64,000 nucleotides of DNA from an uncultured cyanobacterium (GTDB lineage: Bacteria; Cyanobacteriota; Cyanobacteriia; Cyanobacteriales; Nostocaceae): positions 384,001 to 448,000 of the forward strand of contig CAVUDP010000003.1 of assembly GCA_963740315.1 (NCBI GenBank), given 5' to 3'. Numbering within the stretch: the stretch's first letter is position 1; the number at the start of each line of letters is the position of its first letter. A program made the position numbers and the translations under genes. The notes beneath the pieces are model-generated. The model saw only the letters and a program-made list of their open reading frames with translations, was not told the origin of the DNA and made no database searches. Below, one piece after another: positions 10,458-21,634 of this stretch.

Positions 10458-10744
10458 GTTAGCTTCACGGTGCTTGAATAATCATCATATTTAACAATAA
10501 ATTGATATTGGCACCGTAACCTAACATTCAATTTATGGGTATTACGAAATATCTTTATTTATTCACAATACTGCTGTTGGGTTACGACACGGTATTTAAA
10601 TTTTGGTTACAAATTGAATTCTTCAATCGTGTCTAACCCAAACTACAAATTCAAAGATTTATTAGTTAGTAGGTTGCGATCGCGGTGCATGAAAAATCAT
10701 CATATTTAACTATAAGTTGATATTAGCACCGTAACCCAACCTAC
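10454..10744. repeat. REP/MITE-like element copy 2 plus a half copy
   Basis: 10454-10646 matches 8871-9062; 10668-10744 repeats its left half. Confidence 0.7.
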
Positions 10745-11164
10745 AAATTCAAAGAAACAAATGTAATTGACTTTTCAACTTATTTTGATAAAATTAATGT
10801 ATAAATAAAAACCAGTGTATTTGTTCGTAAATAGAAAATTTACTTTTTTGTTTGTGAGATATTAAGTAATTAATGTCTCAGGTTTTGTAGGTTATATGGT
10901 TACTCTTTGACGAGAGTTTCATAAATTATTAATAGCATTCAATCGGTTTGTAAAAAATTGTATGAGTTATTTTCATAAATATCGCTAGTAGTGCGAGCAT
11001 CTTGCTCGCTAGCTGCTAATAGAAAGCGAGATCCGGACACTCCGAATTTATTACCAACTCAAAACGATCGGGAACAAAGCACTAGTACAATCTCTACAAA
11101 TTCTAAAACAGAGGTAGAATTTATTATTTTTATTTTTAATTACGCAAAATTTTGGTACTGACTT

Positions 11165-12760
11165 ATGAATCAAATGTTGGAAAATCGCTATAAAATTATC
11201 AGAAAATTAGGTGATGGTGGATTTGGTCAAACTTTTGTAGCTGAAGATATCCATATGCCTTCTAATCGGCGTTGTGTAATTAAACAACTCAAGCCGATGA
11301 ATCAAGGTTCTGAGATTTATCAAATTGTTCAAAATAGATTTTTGCGGGAAGCTGCTATTTTGGAGCAGTTAGGAGGTGGTAGCAATCAAATTCCTACGCT
11401 GTATGCCCATTTTGAATCGAACGGGCAATTTTATCTGGTTCAAGAATATATTAAAGGCGAAACTCTTGCTGAAAAATTACGTTCTCAAGGTAAGTTTAGT
11501 TCGGATGTTGTCAAAGAAATTCTGTTAAAGATTTTACCTGTTTTAGAGTACGTTCATAATAAGGGGATAGTACATAGAGATATTAAACCAGATAATATTA
11601 TTATTCGGGATGCCGATAATTTACCCGTACTAATTGATTTTGGTGCGGTAAAAGAAACTATGCAGACTATAGTAGCTCAATCTGGTAGTATGACTAATTC
11701 TATGATGACAGAAAAACCCTCTATTGTGATTGGTACTCCTGGGTTTATGTCTTCAGAACAACTTTCGGGAAGACCAGTTTTTAACAGCGATTTATATGCT
11801 TTGGGCATGACTGCAATTTATTTACTGACTGGTAAAATGCCTCAAGAATTAGATAGCGATCCTCATACTGGAGAAGTTATTTGGAAAGAAGATTCAATTA
11901 ATATCGATCCAGAATTAGCTGCTGTATTAGATAAAGCAATTCAAAGTCATTTACGCGATCGCTTTTCGAGTGCGGATGAAATGCTGAATGCGTTACAGGT
12001 TGAAAAGATTGCTACGACTGTACTTGCACCTCCTGTACCTGCTGTAACTCCTGCACCTGCTGTTCCTTCAACAAACCAACAAAGCACGGTTGTTTCCGAT
12101 AGGGAAAACAAGACAACTTCTTCTATTGGTAAAAATGCAGCAGTGATAGTTGGTTTGATAAGTCTTTTGCTTTTAGGAGGAGTTGGAACTTTTGCTTACT
12201 CAATGATGAATGAACAAAAAGCAGTACAGTTAAGGCTAGAGAGTATAGAAGAACAACGTAAAAAAGCAGAGGAATTGCGACAAGAACAAAACGAAAAAAA
12301 CACGCAAAGAGAACAAGAGTTACAAAGTCAATTAGAAGCAGAAAAAAGACGTAGAGAAGAAGCAGAAAAGATAAGAAGAGAGAATATTGCTCGTCAAACT
12401 CAATCAAGCACAAATTCCAATTCCAATTCCAATTCCAATTCAAATTCAAGTTCCAATTCAAGTTCCAATTCCAATTCAAATTCGTTTCCTGAAGGTAGAT
12501 TTGCAAATAGTGAATGGTCTTTAAATTTATCTAGAAGAAATAATAATATCTTATATGAAGCTCAATCGCTGAAAGATTCATCATCTCTCAACTTAGAAAA
12601 TGGACGTATTTCTGGTAGTAGCGATCGCAGAATTTACACTTGGAATAATGGAGCATATAGATATCAGGTAGTTTGGCAACCAAATGACGCAGATTATGTT
12701 CGATTGCGAGTATTTACTCCTTCAGGGGAAGAGTTAAATCAACTTCTTTCTAGAAATTAA
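11165..12760 (+). CDS. Ser/Thr protein kinase with TM helix, coiled coil, Ser/Asn linker and C-terminal domain
   Basis: GDGGFG, VIK, HRDIKPDN, DFG, GTPGFM; (AATTCC)n-encoded NS repeats at ~12412-12485. Confidence 0.92.
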   Translation: MNQMLENRYKIIRKLGDGGFGQTFVAEDIHMPSNRRCVIKQLKPMNQGSEIYQIVQNRFLREAAILEQLGGGSNQIPTLYAHFESNGQFYLVQEYIKGETLAEKLRSQGKFSSDVVKEILLKILPVLEYVHNKGIVHRDIKPDNIIIRDADNLPVLIDFGAVKETMQTIVAQSGSMTNSMMTEKPSIVIGTPGFMSSEQLSGRPVFNSDLYALGMTAIYLLTGKMPQELDSDPHTGEVIWKEDSINIDPELAAVLDKAIQSHLRDRFSSADEMLNALQVEKIATTVLAPPVPAVTPAPAVPSTNQQSTVVSDRENKTTSSIGKNAAVIVGLISLLLLGGVGTFAYSMMNEQKAVQLRLESIEEQRKKAEELRQEQNEKNTQREQELQSQLEAEKRRREEAEKIRRENIARQTQSSTNSNSNSNSNSNSSSNSSSNSNSNSFPEGRFANSEWSLNLSRRNNNILYEAQSLKDSSSLNLENGRISGSSDRRIYTWNNGAYRYQVVWQPNDADYVRLRVFTPSGEELNQLLSRN

Positions 12761-12871
12761 AATTTGACACTTACTATTAAACAAAGAAGACGTAGCAGTG
12801 CCACAAATAAATAAGACGTAGCAGTGCTACGTCTCTACATTAGTTGTTTATTAAATTCCAAAAATTTATAA

Positions 12872-13171
12872 TTATTCAAACGGTTCTTGGGTTTCCTGTT
12901 CTAGTAGCTTAGAAAACTTTTGTCGCAAGTCTTGTATTTTTTTGTTGCCTTTTGGTAGGGACATTAAACGAATTTCTATTTCTGCGATGTTGTCAATTCG
13001 AGTTGTCTTTTCCCAAATTTTTTTGTCTACTTCTGATTCCGATTCGTAACGGAAGGTAACTGTGTCTGAATTGACATCTAAAATATCTACGTTCTTTAGC
13101 CAGCCGTTACTGGTTTTCACCAATAACCAAACATTTTGCTGACCGATTAGTTCTTGAAGCTTAGTCTCCAT
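12872..13171 (-). CDS. Small hypothetical protein
   Basis: Clean 99-aa ATG ORF divergent from glgA, with beta-rich globular composition. Confidence 0.7.
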   Translation of the reverse strand: METKLQELIGQQNVWLLVKTSNGWLKNVDILDVNSDTVTFRYESESEVDKKIWEKTTRIDNIAEIEIRLMSLPKGNKKIQDLRQKFSKLLEQETQEPFE

Positions 13172-13510
13172 ACAGGTTAAAGATAATAGTGTGAGATAGT
13201 CAGAATCTAATTTAAGTCTCTTTAACCTATCTTAAGATATATTTCTTAAGATGCAATATATTTATGAACATTTTTTGAAAATTAATCTTATAGATAGATG
13301 TGCGAGATGTGGTAACAAGGTTAATATAAAGGGCTATACATTTTATCTAGTTCAAATCAGCTTTTAGCCTTCCAATACTCTACTTTTGGACGAGCTTGGG
13401 GGGATGCCAATTAGAATTTTTTGTATTATCTTGCTTGTCAAGTACCTTGCTGTATTGATTGAAAACAGATACAGTAAATTTTTGTTAAGCGGGTTAAGCA
13501 AGGAGTAAAA

Positions 13511-14986
13511 ATGTACGTTGTACAAATTGCCTCTGAATGCGCTCCTGTCATTAAAGCTGGGGGTTTGGGGGATGTTGTTTATGGACTTAGTACGGAATTA
13601 GAAAGCCGGGGCAATTGCGTAGAGTTGATTTTGCCTAAGTATGATTGTATGCGATACGACCATATTTGGGGTCTTCATAATGCGTATAAAGACTTATGGG
13701 TTCCCTGGTTTGGCGGTGCTATTCACTGCTCGGTTTATTGCGGTTGGGTACATGGAAGGGTTTGTTTCTTTATCGAACCTCATTCTCAAGATAATTACTT
13801 CAATCGCGGTTGCTATTACGGTTGTAATGATGACAATATGCGCTTTGCGTTTTTCAGTAGAGCAGCCTTAGAATTTTTATTGCAAAGTAATAAGCGCCCG
13901 GATATTATTCACTGTCATGATTGGCAAACTGGTTTAATCCCAGTGATGCTGTATGAGATTTACAAATATCATGGAATGGCAAATCAGCGAGTTTGCTACA
14001 CCATTCATAATTTCAAGCATCAAGGAATGGGTGGTGCGGAAGTACTGCAAGCTACTGGTTTAAATCGCCAACCTTATTACTTCCAATACGATAAATTGCG
14101 GGATAATTTTAATCCCTTTGCGATCAACTTTATGAAAGGGGGGATTGTTTATTCTAATAGCGTAACTACCGTGTCTCCCCATCACGCTTGGGAAGCGCAT
14201 CATACAGATGTAGGTTGCGGCTTGAGTCATACCTTGCATTTGTATCAAGATAAGTTTCGCGGAATACTCAATGGTATCGATGATAACTTTTGGAACCCGC
14301 AAGATGACCGACATATTCCCGAACATTACAGTATAGATAACATTGATGCAAAAGCCAAAAATAAAAAAGCATTACGGGAAAGGCTGTTGCTGCGGGATGT
14401 TGATAAACCAATAGTGGCTTATATCGGTCGATTGGATGGTCAAAAAGGCGTTGAGTTGGTACATCATTCGATTTATCATGCTCTGTATAAAGATGCACAA
14501 TATGTACTGTTAGGTTCGGCGACGGGGGCTGAAATTAACGCTAAATTCCAGCACGAGAAGAATTTCTTAAATGATAATCCCGACGTTCATTTAGAACTTG
14601 GTTTCAACGAGGAATTAGCCCATTTGATTTATGCGGGGGCAGATATGATTGTGGTTCCCAGTAACTACGAACCCTGTGGACTTACGCAGATGATTGGTTT
14701 AAAATATGGCACCGTGCCGATTGTGCGGGCAGTTGGTGGGTTAGTTAATACTGTTTTCGATCGCGATTACGACTCGGATAAGCCAGCCGAGAAGCGTAAC
14801 GGTTACGTATTCAACAATATGGATTATCATGCTGTAGAGTTTGCAATGGAGCGGGCTTTGTGGTTGTGGCATAACGAGAAAGATGAATACCGGATGCTTG
14901 TCAAACAAGGTATGGATTATGACTATTCTTGGAATAATCCAGCGAGTGATTATTTAGGGATTTACGAGTCGATTCGAGAGAAGTGA
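13511..14986 (+). CDS. glgA: Glycogen synthase
   Basis: 'KAGGLGDV', 'HCHDWQ', 'RLDGQKG', 'PSNYEPCGLTQ'; AAGGAG RBS just upstream. Confidence 0.95.
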   Translation: MYVVQIASECAPVIKAGGLGDVVYGLSTELESRGNCVELILPKYDCMRYDHIWGLHNAYKDLWVPWFGGAIHCSVYCGWVHGRVCFFIEPHSQDNYFNRGCYYGCNDDNMRFAFFSRAALEFLLQSNKRPDIIHCHDWQTGLIPVMLYEIYKYHGMANQRVCYTIHNFKHQGMGGAEVLQATGLNRQPYYFQYDKLRDNFNPFAINFMKGGIVYSNSVTTVSPHHAWEAHHTDVGCGLSHTLHLYQDKFRGILNGIDDNFWNPQDDRHIPEHYSIDNIDAKAKNKKALRERLLLRDVDKPIVAYIGRLDGQKGVELVHHSIYHALYKDAQYVLLGSATGAEINAKFQHEKNFLNDNPDVHLELGFNEELAHLIYAGADMIVVPSNYEPCGLTQMIGLKYGTVPIVRAVGGLVNTVFDRDYDSDKPAEKRNGYVFNNMDYHAVEFAMERALWLWHNEKDEYRMLVKQGMDYDYSWNNPASDYLGIYESIREK

Positions 14987-15076
14987 TTCAACTTTGGATT
15001 TTGGATTTTGGATTGTAAAAGGCTTTTATCTCAATACTTTCCAAAATCTATCTGTTGCATTCATTTTTATTAATTA

Positions 15077-15102
15077 CGCGCTCTTCGGAGGGCGTTTTTT
15101 TT
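15077..15102 (+). terminator. Probable intrinsic terminator after glgA
   Basis: cgcgctc-TTCG-gagggcg stem with a UUCG loop, followed by T8. Confidence 0.65.
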
Positions 15103-15181
15103 GTTTGCGAGCAAGGTAATTTGGGTAGTTAAACCAATGACGTGGGTTGTTTGATGTATTTAAAGTTAGAATAAATCACTT

Positions 15182-15945
15182 TTGTTATCAAAAATGCGGA
15201 TAATTTTTTCAAAATCAACTTCTTTTAAATTCGTTTTTTCTCAATTAGCAGCAACTTTGATGTCTTTTTCACTACTACCATTAGCTACAAGTTGCACTTG
15301 GATACAGCAATCTGAGGGAATAGAGGCTAATACTTATGATTTGCAAAGCAAACAACAGCAAAATCAACTAAAAGAATCTAAAGTTTCTCAGTTAATTGGA
15401 GTATTAGAGCAAAAATATAGACTATTTGAACTTGAAGATTCTCCTGAAGCGAAAGCTGCAAGTCAAGAATTAGTAAAAATTGGTAAACCTGCGGTTCCAC
15501 AATTAATCAACGCATTGAGAAAAAATAGAGTATTTCTTACTTTGGGTGTCGCTGAAACGCTCTCGACAATCGCTCAAAAAAAGATGCTGCATCAGTCGTA
15601 CCCTTACTTATTAATACAGTCGAAGATAACCAAAGTACAAAACAGCTAGCTGTGAGTAGTGCGATCGCTTTAGATAAAATTGATTCTCAAGCTTTGATTC
15701 CTGCTTTAGTCAAAATGTTGCCGGATAAAAAAATGGAAGTTCCTTCGGCAGTTATGTTGAGTAGTATCGCATCTAAAATGAAAGAAAATAAAGGCAATTT
15801 TTCTAATGCCCAATTAGCAACAGCAGTTTCTGAATTTGAAACTGCTTTAAAAATTATGGATGATTTTCAAAATGAGGAGATTCCGAAGGATAAAATTGAA
15901 TTGTTGCGGGATTCGGTAGCAGTTTTGAAAAGTTCAACGAAATAA
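15182..15945 (+). pseudogene. HEAT/PBS-lyase-like repeat lipoprotein split by a -1 frameshift
   Basis: ORF1 has 'ELVKIGKPAVPQLINAL'; after the A7 run (15576-15582) the -1 frame reads DAASVVPLLINTVEDNQSTKQLAVSSAIALDKI and joins ORF 15652-15945. Confidence 0.7.
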
Positions 15946-16043
15946 ATAATAGAAGGTTCGTAGTAAGAGTTTTAACTCTTAAATTAAAAGATTAATATCA
16001 GGTTTTGGTGCGTTAGACTGAAGTCATAACGCACCCTACGATA

Positions 16044-16844
16044 TTATTTAATTGCGGTGGTTAATTCATAAGTAGCATTACCACGAGTACCACCGACTAC
16101 AATTTGATAATCTCCATTTTTAGGAAGTTTTGCACTCCAATTTGTTGCTTCTTGCTGCAAAGTTTTACCATCGGGAGAAACTACATCAAATACAGCGTTG
16201 TCTTCCAAAGAAGTGATTCTCAAATTCATTTGCTGTCCTTTACTCGCACCAAGTAAATAAGTATCGCGGGTTCCTCTGATAACAGAATTTTTAATAGTTT
16301 TGGAAGTAGCACCTCGATCGAATTTTACTCTTACTGGTTCAATCGCAGAATTATCCTGTCCTAAAGTTGCACAATCAACTCTTTTAAAAGTTTCTCTATC
16401 GGTGTTTAAAGTTGATTCTGTAATTGTCCAGGTTTCTTGGGTATTTTGAGTATCTAATTCAATTTTCGTCACAATATTAAGCTTTGCTTGATTACCTTCT
16501 AAAGTTCCTTTCAAAGTTTGATTGTAAGAACTATAGTAAGCTTGAGCGTCGTTTTGAATTGTAGCTTTAACAGTACCGTTAACTTGATTTGATGGGTTGA
16601 TAGTTATTTGTGCATCTGCATCCAGAGTTTTGCTTTTTGCAGTATAGCAATAGGTTCCGGGGGCTAGTTTTTGAGTCGTTGGAGATGTTTGATTAACAGG
16701 ATTTTCTGTAGTCGTTGGGGATGATTGAGAAATTGAAGTTTCAACCGGAGCAATAGTCTCAGAATTAGAGTTGTTTTCTCCGCAACCTGTTAGATATAAT
16801 AGCGTAATTAAAATTCCACCATAAATTAATAGTTGATTTTTCAT
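16044..16844 (-). CDS. Lipoprotein with C-terminal PPC-like domain
   Basis: Lipobox LTGC; 'VKFDRG...YLLGASKGQQM...LPKNGDYQIVV'. Confidence 0.75.
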   Translation of the reverse strand: MKNQLLIYGGILITLLYLTGCGENNSNSETIAPVETSISQSSPTTTENPVNQTSPTTQKLAPGTYCYTAKSKTLDADAQITINPSNQVNGTVKATIQNDAQAYYSSYNQTLKGTLEGNQAKLNIVTKIELDTQNTQETWTITESTLNTDRETFKRVDCATLGQDNSAIEPVRVKFDRGATSKTIKNSVIRGTRDTYLLGASKGQQMNLRITSLEDNAVFDVVSPDGKTLQQEATNWSAKLPKNGDYQIVVGGTRGNATYELTTAIK

Positions 16845-17102
16845 TCTCTAAAATTTATTTCCGCTTTGATATTAAGGAATAGAACTAGTCGATTGTAGAT
16901 GATTCAGAATAATTTTAAAGTTATCCGTAAAAAATATATCTTTTTAAAATTAACAGGTGTCACATTGCTAGTCATCCGTAAAAATTAGGATGCTCCCAAA
17001 TAAGAATGAGATAATATATATTTTAATAAATAAAATGATTGCAATTCATGTAGGATTATATAGTGAAGGCTGTCTTTTCTCTTTTAGCTAATTTATAAAA
17101 AA

Positions 17103-18032
17103 ATGTCAGAGAAGCGATCGGTTAATCAAGAAATATTATTAAAGCCCGGTACCTTATCGACGAGGGTTAAAGAACAAACTCAACACGGGCTTGAATGTGG
17201 TGCTTTGCAATCGATATCTACCGATTATGAGTTTGTAGAAGAAAATGGAGTTAATTTCTTAGTAAGAGTTTTATCTAATTTAGTCAGCAAAGACGAAGCG
17301 AAAAAAAAGCAGGATAAAGCTGCTAAGAAAGGTAAAGATTTCAATCCTTTTCTCCCTTATGAAGAAGATTTGTTTGTTGCTGACATTTCCCCTACACATT
17401 TATGTTTGTTGAATAAATTTAATGTTGTCGATAATCACCTGTTAATTGTGACTCGTGAATTTGAGGAACAAGAAAGTTTGCTTAATTGGCAAGATTTTCA
17501 AGCGATGTGGGCTTGTTTGGCGGAAATTGATGGTTTAGCATTTTATAACGGTGGAAAAATTGCTGGTGCTTCTCAACGACACAAGCATTTACAACTTGTT
17601 CCTACTCCTCTGGCACCCAATCAAAAAGAATCGATTCCGATTGCACCAATATTTGCATCTGCTGTATTTAATGGTGATGTGGGAAGGGTACCGGATTTAC
17701 CTTTTGTTCACGGTTTTTGTCGGTTTGATTCTGATATAATTTCTGCAAATGATGCTGCTCAAATTACGCTTGAACTTTACTATAAGTTGCTTAAAGCTGT
17801 TGATTTGTTGAATGAAGATACAGGGAATAATTCTTCTATAGCTTATAACTTTTTAGCAACAAGAGAATGGATGTTTATTGTATCGCGATCGCAAGAACAT
17901 TTTGAGTCTATTTCTGTTAATTCTTTGGGGTTTGCTGGTGCTTTGTTGGTGAGAAATCAGCAGCAAATGCAGATGTTGAAGGATTATAAACCAATGGGAA
18001 TTTTAAAGCAGGTTGGGGTGAGTTATAGTTGA
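17103..18032 (+). CDS. ATP adenylyltransferase / Ap4A phosphorylase
   Basis: 'NPFLPYE', 'LNKFNV', 'GASQRHKHLQ' (HxHxQ), 'NSLGFAG'. Confidence 0.88.
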   Translation: MSEKRSVNQEILLKPGTLSTRVKEQTQHGLECGALQSISTDYEFVEENGVNFLVRVLSNLVSKDEAKKKQDKAAKKGKDFNPFLPYEEDLFVADISPTHLCLLNKFNVVDNHLLIVTREFEEQESLLNWQDFQAMWACLAEIDGLAFYNGGKIAGASQRHKHLQLVPTPLAPNQKESIPIAPIFASAVFNGDVGRVPDLPFVHGFCRFDSDIISANDAAQITLELYYKLLKAVDLLNEDTGNNSSIAYNFLATREWMFIVSRSQEHFESISVNSLGFAGALLVRNQQQMQMLKDYKPMGILKQVGVSYS

Positions 18033-18214
18033 TTAGTGATTTATAAAAATGTATTTGATTGTTTCTTGCGGTGCGTTAGGCACAAGCCATAACGCACCCT
18101 ACAAATTTACATATGACTTGCACGCAAGAAATTTTTAAGTTATCTGAAATCAAATCAATTTTAAACCTCATATGATGATAATCTAATCTTACGAGCGCTA
18201 AGTAATTTACATCA

Positions 18215-18682
18215 ATGCTTCAAACATCAGATAGTTCCCCTATATCAGATTCGGCTAAACAACAACGGGCACCTTACAGTATTGACTATAAAATTAAGCT
18301 ACTAGCACAATTATTATCGCGCAGGTTTAACGAACATCTCGAACATTTGAAGTTAACTCCTTTTCATTGGATAGTGTTGTGCTGTTTGTGGGAAGAGGAT
18401 GGTTTACCTACTTCTAGTATTGGCGAGAAACTTAAACAAGTTGGCGGTACTTTAACTGGTGTTATCGATCGCATGGAAGAAAGAGGTTTGGTGCGTCGCG
18501 AACGAAATATGCAGGATAGAAGGGTTTGGCGGATATGGTTGACTGATGCAGGTAAGGAACTCGAAACTGTTTTACCACCCATTATTGAGGAAATTCGCCA
18601 GCAAGCTATGCAGGATTTTTCAGATAGCGATCGCCAACTTTTTTCGCAGTTATTAAATAAAGCGGTTGCTAATTTATCTTAA
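18215..18682 (+). CDS. MarR-family transcriptional regulator
   Basis: 'TLTGVIDRMEERGLVRRER..DRR...LTDAG'. Confidence 0.92.
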   Translation: MLQTSDSSPISDSAKQQRAPYSIDYKIKLLAQLLSRRFNEHLEHLKLTPFHWIVLCCLWEEDGLPTSSIGEKLKQVGGTLTGVIDRMEERGLVRRERNMQDRRVWRIWLTDAGKELETVLPPIIEEIRQQAMQDFSDSDRQLFSQLLNKAVANLS

Positions 18683-18702
18683 TTGTATATCTCACTACAT
18701 TT

Positions 18703-19387
18703 TTAAGATTTTGAACTAAACAATATTTCTTCAACGGTATTAATTTGCTGTTGAGTAAAGGCTGCTTTTTTAAGATGATTTAGAAAATAAATTTGAGTAT
18801 ATCTGGCATCTAGGTTAATAGCTTGACGATAAACTTGTTGAGCAAAAATTTTATTATCACTATCCCAATAAGATATTGCCGCAGCAACTAAAGGATGAGG
18901 ATTATTTGGTTCTAAGTTAACAGCACGGCTAGCGGTTGTTATAGCTAATGGATAAATTTAAAGTTGATGTAATGCTAAACTCAAATTATAAAAAGCAATT
19001 TCGTTATCTGGTTTGAGAAATGCAGCCCAACTGTGAACTATTACTGCTGCTGGTAAATTTCCATCGACTAAATAAACGATTCCTAAAGCATTGTAAGCAG
19101 GAATAAAATCAGGTTTTTGATATATGGCTTGCCACAAAGTTTGTGCGGCTTTTTGTTTACCAGCTAAATGCAAAGTCCAACCTAAATTAACTCTTCCAGG
19201 AATATTTTCTGGTTCTAATTCTACAGATTTTTCCATTGCTGTTATGGCTTGATTATATCTTCCCTGTTGGCGGTATTGAAGTCCTAATATTCGATATTCA
19301 CTGGCAGATTTTCTGGCTAAAGCTGGTTGTACTATTAAACAAGTCGATGTAAGTACGGTTACGGATAATTATTTTGACAGCAATCAT
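18703..19387 (-). pseudogene. TPR protein pseudogene with two in-frame stops
   Basis: One frame reads LLSK*LSVTVLTSTCLIVQPALARKSASEYRILG...AMEKSVELEP...HQL*IYPLAITTASRAVNLEPNNPHP...SKS*; stops near 19369 and at 18958-18960. Confidence 0.75.
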
Positions 19388-19509
19388 AAAAGCTATATAA
19401 ATTAATATTTACTTGTTATTGATAATCGCTCATTTGTTCGTTTGTCGAGTACAGTGAGATACTCTTAAGAATGATATTTATATTTTTAGTTTTGATTTAA
19501 TACTTATAT

Positions 19510-20268
19510 ATGATTGATTTAAGCGGAAAGGTAATTTTAATCACTGGCGGTTCATCCGGGATTGGTGCGGTAACGGTAAAAGTTTTAGCAAAAGCTGGTG
19601 CTGAAGTAATTTTGCATTATGGGAATAATTTAGAAAAAGCACGAGCAATTGTAGAAAGTATTGGCAGTAATAGTATTCATTTATTACAAGCGGATTTATC
19701 CGTAGAAAATGCATCTGTAAAATTATGGCGAGATGCTTTATCTTTTACCGGACATATTGATGTTTTAATTAATAATGCCGGAATAATGCGATCGGCAGGA
19801 ATAGAATCCGAACTTGATATTTGGACGGCAGTTTGGAAAAATACTTTACAGGTAAATCTGATCGCTGTAGCTGATTTATGTAGGGAAGCTATTCCACATT
19901 TTAAAAGTCGTAACGGTGGCATAATTGTTAATATCGCCAGTCGTGCAGCATTTCGAGGTGATACCCCAGAATATATGCATTACGCTGCTTCTAAAGGTGG
20001 TGTTGTTGCCTTAACTCGGAGTATTGCCAGAGGTTTTGGAAGTGATGGTATTTTAGCTTATGCTGTGGCTCCGGGTTTTGTTCGTACCGAGAAAACTGAG
20101 GAATTTATTCAAGATTACGGTGAAGATTTCGTAACTAAAGATATTCCATTGGGGAAGATAGCACCTCCCGAAGATGTGGCGAATGTGATTGCTTTTTTAG
20201 CGTCGGGTTTAGCACCTCACGCTACAGGTACAACTATTGATATAAATGGTGCTTCTTACGTGCGTTGA
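19510..20268 (+). CDS. SDR-family oxidoreductase
   Basis: TGGSSGIG, NNAG, YAASK. Confidence 0.93.
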   Translation: MIDLSGKVILITGGSSGIGAVTVKVLAKAGAEVILHYGNNLEKARAIVESIGSNSIHLLQADLSVENASVKLWRDALSFTGHIDVLINNAGIMRSAGIESELDIWTAVWKNTLQVNLIAVADLCREAIPHFKSRNGGIIVNIASRAAFRGDTPEYMHYAASKGGVVALTRSIARGFGSDGILAYAVAPGFVRTEKTEEFIQDYGEDFVTKDIPLGKIAPPEDVANVIAFLASGLAPHATGTTIDINGASYVR

Positions 20269-20442
20269 GATATATTTTTGAGTTAAAGGAAATAGGGCAA
20301 GAGAACTGCAAGCGAGCAAGATGCTCGCACTACAATTTTACATATTACTAATACCATTTCTGTATAAAGATGCGTTTGATCTAGCCTACTTAGGTAGGCT
20401 TTGTAGTATTAGCCCGTCGGCTCCTTCTAGGCTGAGGGTATT

Positions 20443-21195
20443 TTATTCCAACATTTCTAGATCAATTCCTAATTCTTGAACTTGTTGGGGAGAAAGATTA
20501 CGCAATTTATCTACAAGCCTTTCTCGTTTGTGTCGTTCAATTTTTGCTCTTTCATCACCTGTTAATAATAAATTACCTTCCGCATCCCACCAACGCAACC
20601 AAGGTAATTCGGCATTTTGATATAATCCTTGCCAAATTCCTAATTCTACTTTCATCGGTGCAATTGGGTAATGTCCGCGATCGTTAGGTGCAAGTATTTG
20701 ATAAGTATTATCTACTAAATGAAAAACTTCAACTTGTTCTTTTACAACTTCATAAATTGCGTAATAAGGAACGCGAATTGCTTGCTCGTAAACCCAAAAC
20801 TTGCCAATACCTTCTTCTTGAGATGGTGGGGTTTTATCTCGTTCCTCGCTACCGTCTCCCGATACAAATTCAATTACAATTAATGGCGCAATATATTCTT
20901 TCCACAATACATAGGAACGTCGTGTTTTGCCATCAAGAGTCGGTGGTACATTAGGAACATAAAACCAATCCGGTGCTTCCGCGCCTTTTTCTAGTGGTTC
21001 AGTTAAGCCCCAATAAATACCTAAATCTTGTCCGATACAAAAGTTACTGTTAGGATGCAATTGTTCTAAGATTGGCTCAATTGAATCTGTGAGTAAGATA
21101 CTTTGAGGATGTTCTTGCCAATTCTTCACAAAACTTCCGTCAGATTCGGGTAACTGGGTATGGTCTGGTAAAGTGAGTGATGACAGAGTAGTCAT
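20443..21195 (-). CDS. Uma2-family (DUF820) endonuclease-like protein
   Basis: 'APDWFYVP', 'PLIVIEFVS', 'KFWVYEQAIRVPYYAIY'. Confidence 0.88.
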   Translation of the reverse strand: MTTLSSLTLPDHTQLPESDGSFVKNWQEHPQSILLTDSIEPILEQLHPNSNFCIGQDLGIYWGLTEPLEKGAEAPDWFYVPNVPPTLDGKTRRSYVLWKEYIAPLIVIEFVSGDGSEERDKTPPSQEEGIGKFWVYEQAIRVPYYAIYEVVKEQVEVFHLVDNTYQILAPNDRGHYPIAPMKVELGIWQGLYQNAELPWLRWWDAEGNLLLTGDERAKIERHKRERLVDKLRNLSPQQVQELGIDLEMLE

Positions 21196-21319
21196 AGCTG
21201 GAAATGGAAGAGATATCTAATATTGTAATGCTTGTAAGTAAATCAAAACTACAACATAGTTCATCTATATTATTCATATATTATATTATAGAAAAACATT
21301 ACTTTAAGAAATCTATCTA

Positions 21320-21634
21320 TTAATCTTTAGCTACTAAAGCAATGCGATAACCTAATGCATCTAATAATTCAACTAAAGTATAAATTTCACTACTGTGAGT
21401 TTTTAAAATAATTTTTTCAAGCCGCTCATAACAATTTTTAGCTTCTTCCGAAAGATTATTTGACAACATTCGTGCATCAATCACATCTTTGAGTGCGGAA
21501 TGTAATAATTCAGGTTCGGGTTGTTTTTCTTCCAATATTGCCTCAATATAACCAGCAGCTCTTTCAGGATTTTTTAAAGATTCTATCAGTGCATTATGCC
21601 AACTATCACTTGTAGGAGTTTTCACGTTTTTCAT
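21320..21634 (-). CDS. Type II antitoxin (addiction-module antidote-like)
   Basis: Overlaps the upstream toxin; 'L.NPE.AA.Y' start and 'LLDALGYRI' end; paralogous to 25506/26242/26978. Confidence 0.8.
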   Translation of the reverse strand: MKNVKTPTSDSWHNALIESLKNPERAAGYIEAILEEKQPEPELLHSALKDVIDARMLSNNLSEEAKNCYERLEKIILKTHSSEIYTLVELLDALGYRIALVAKD

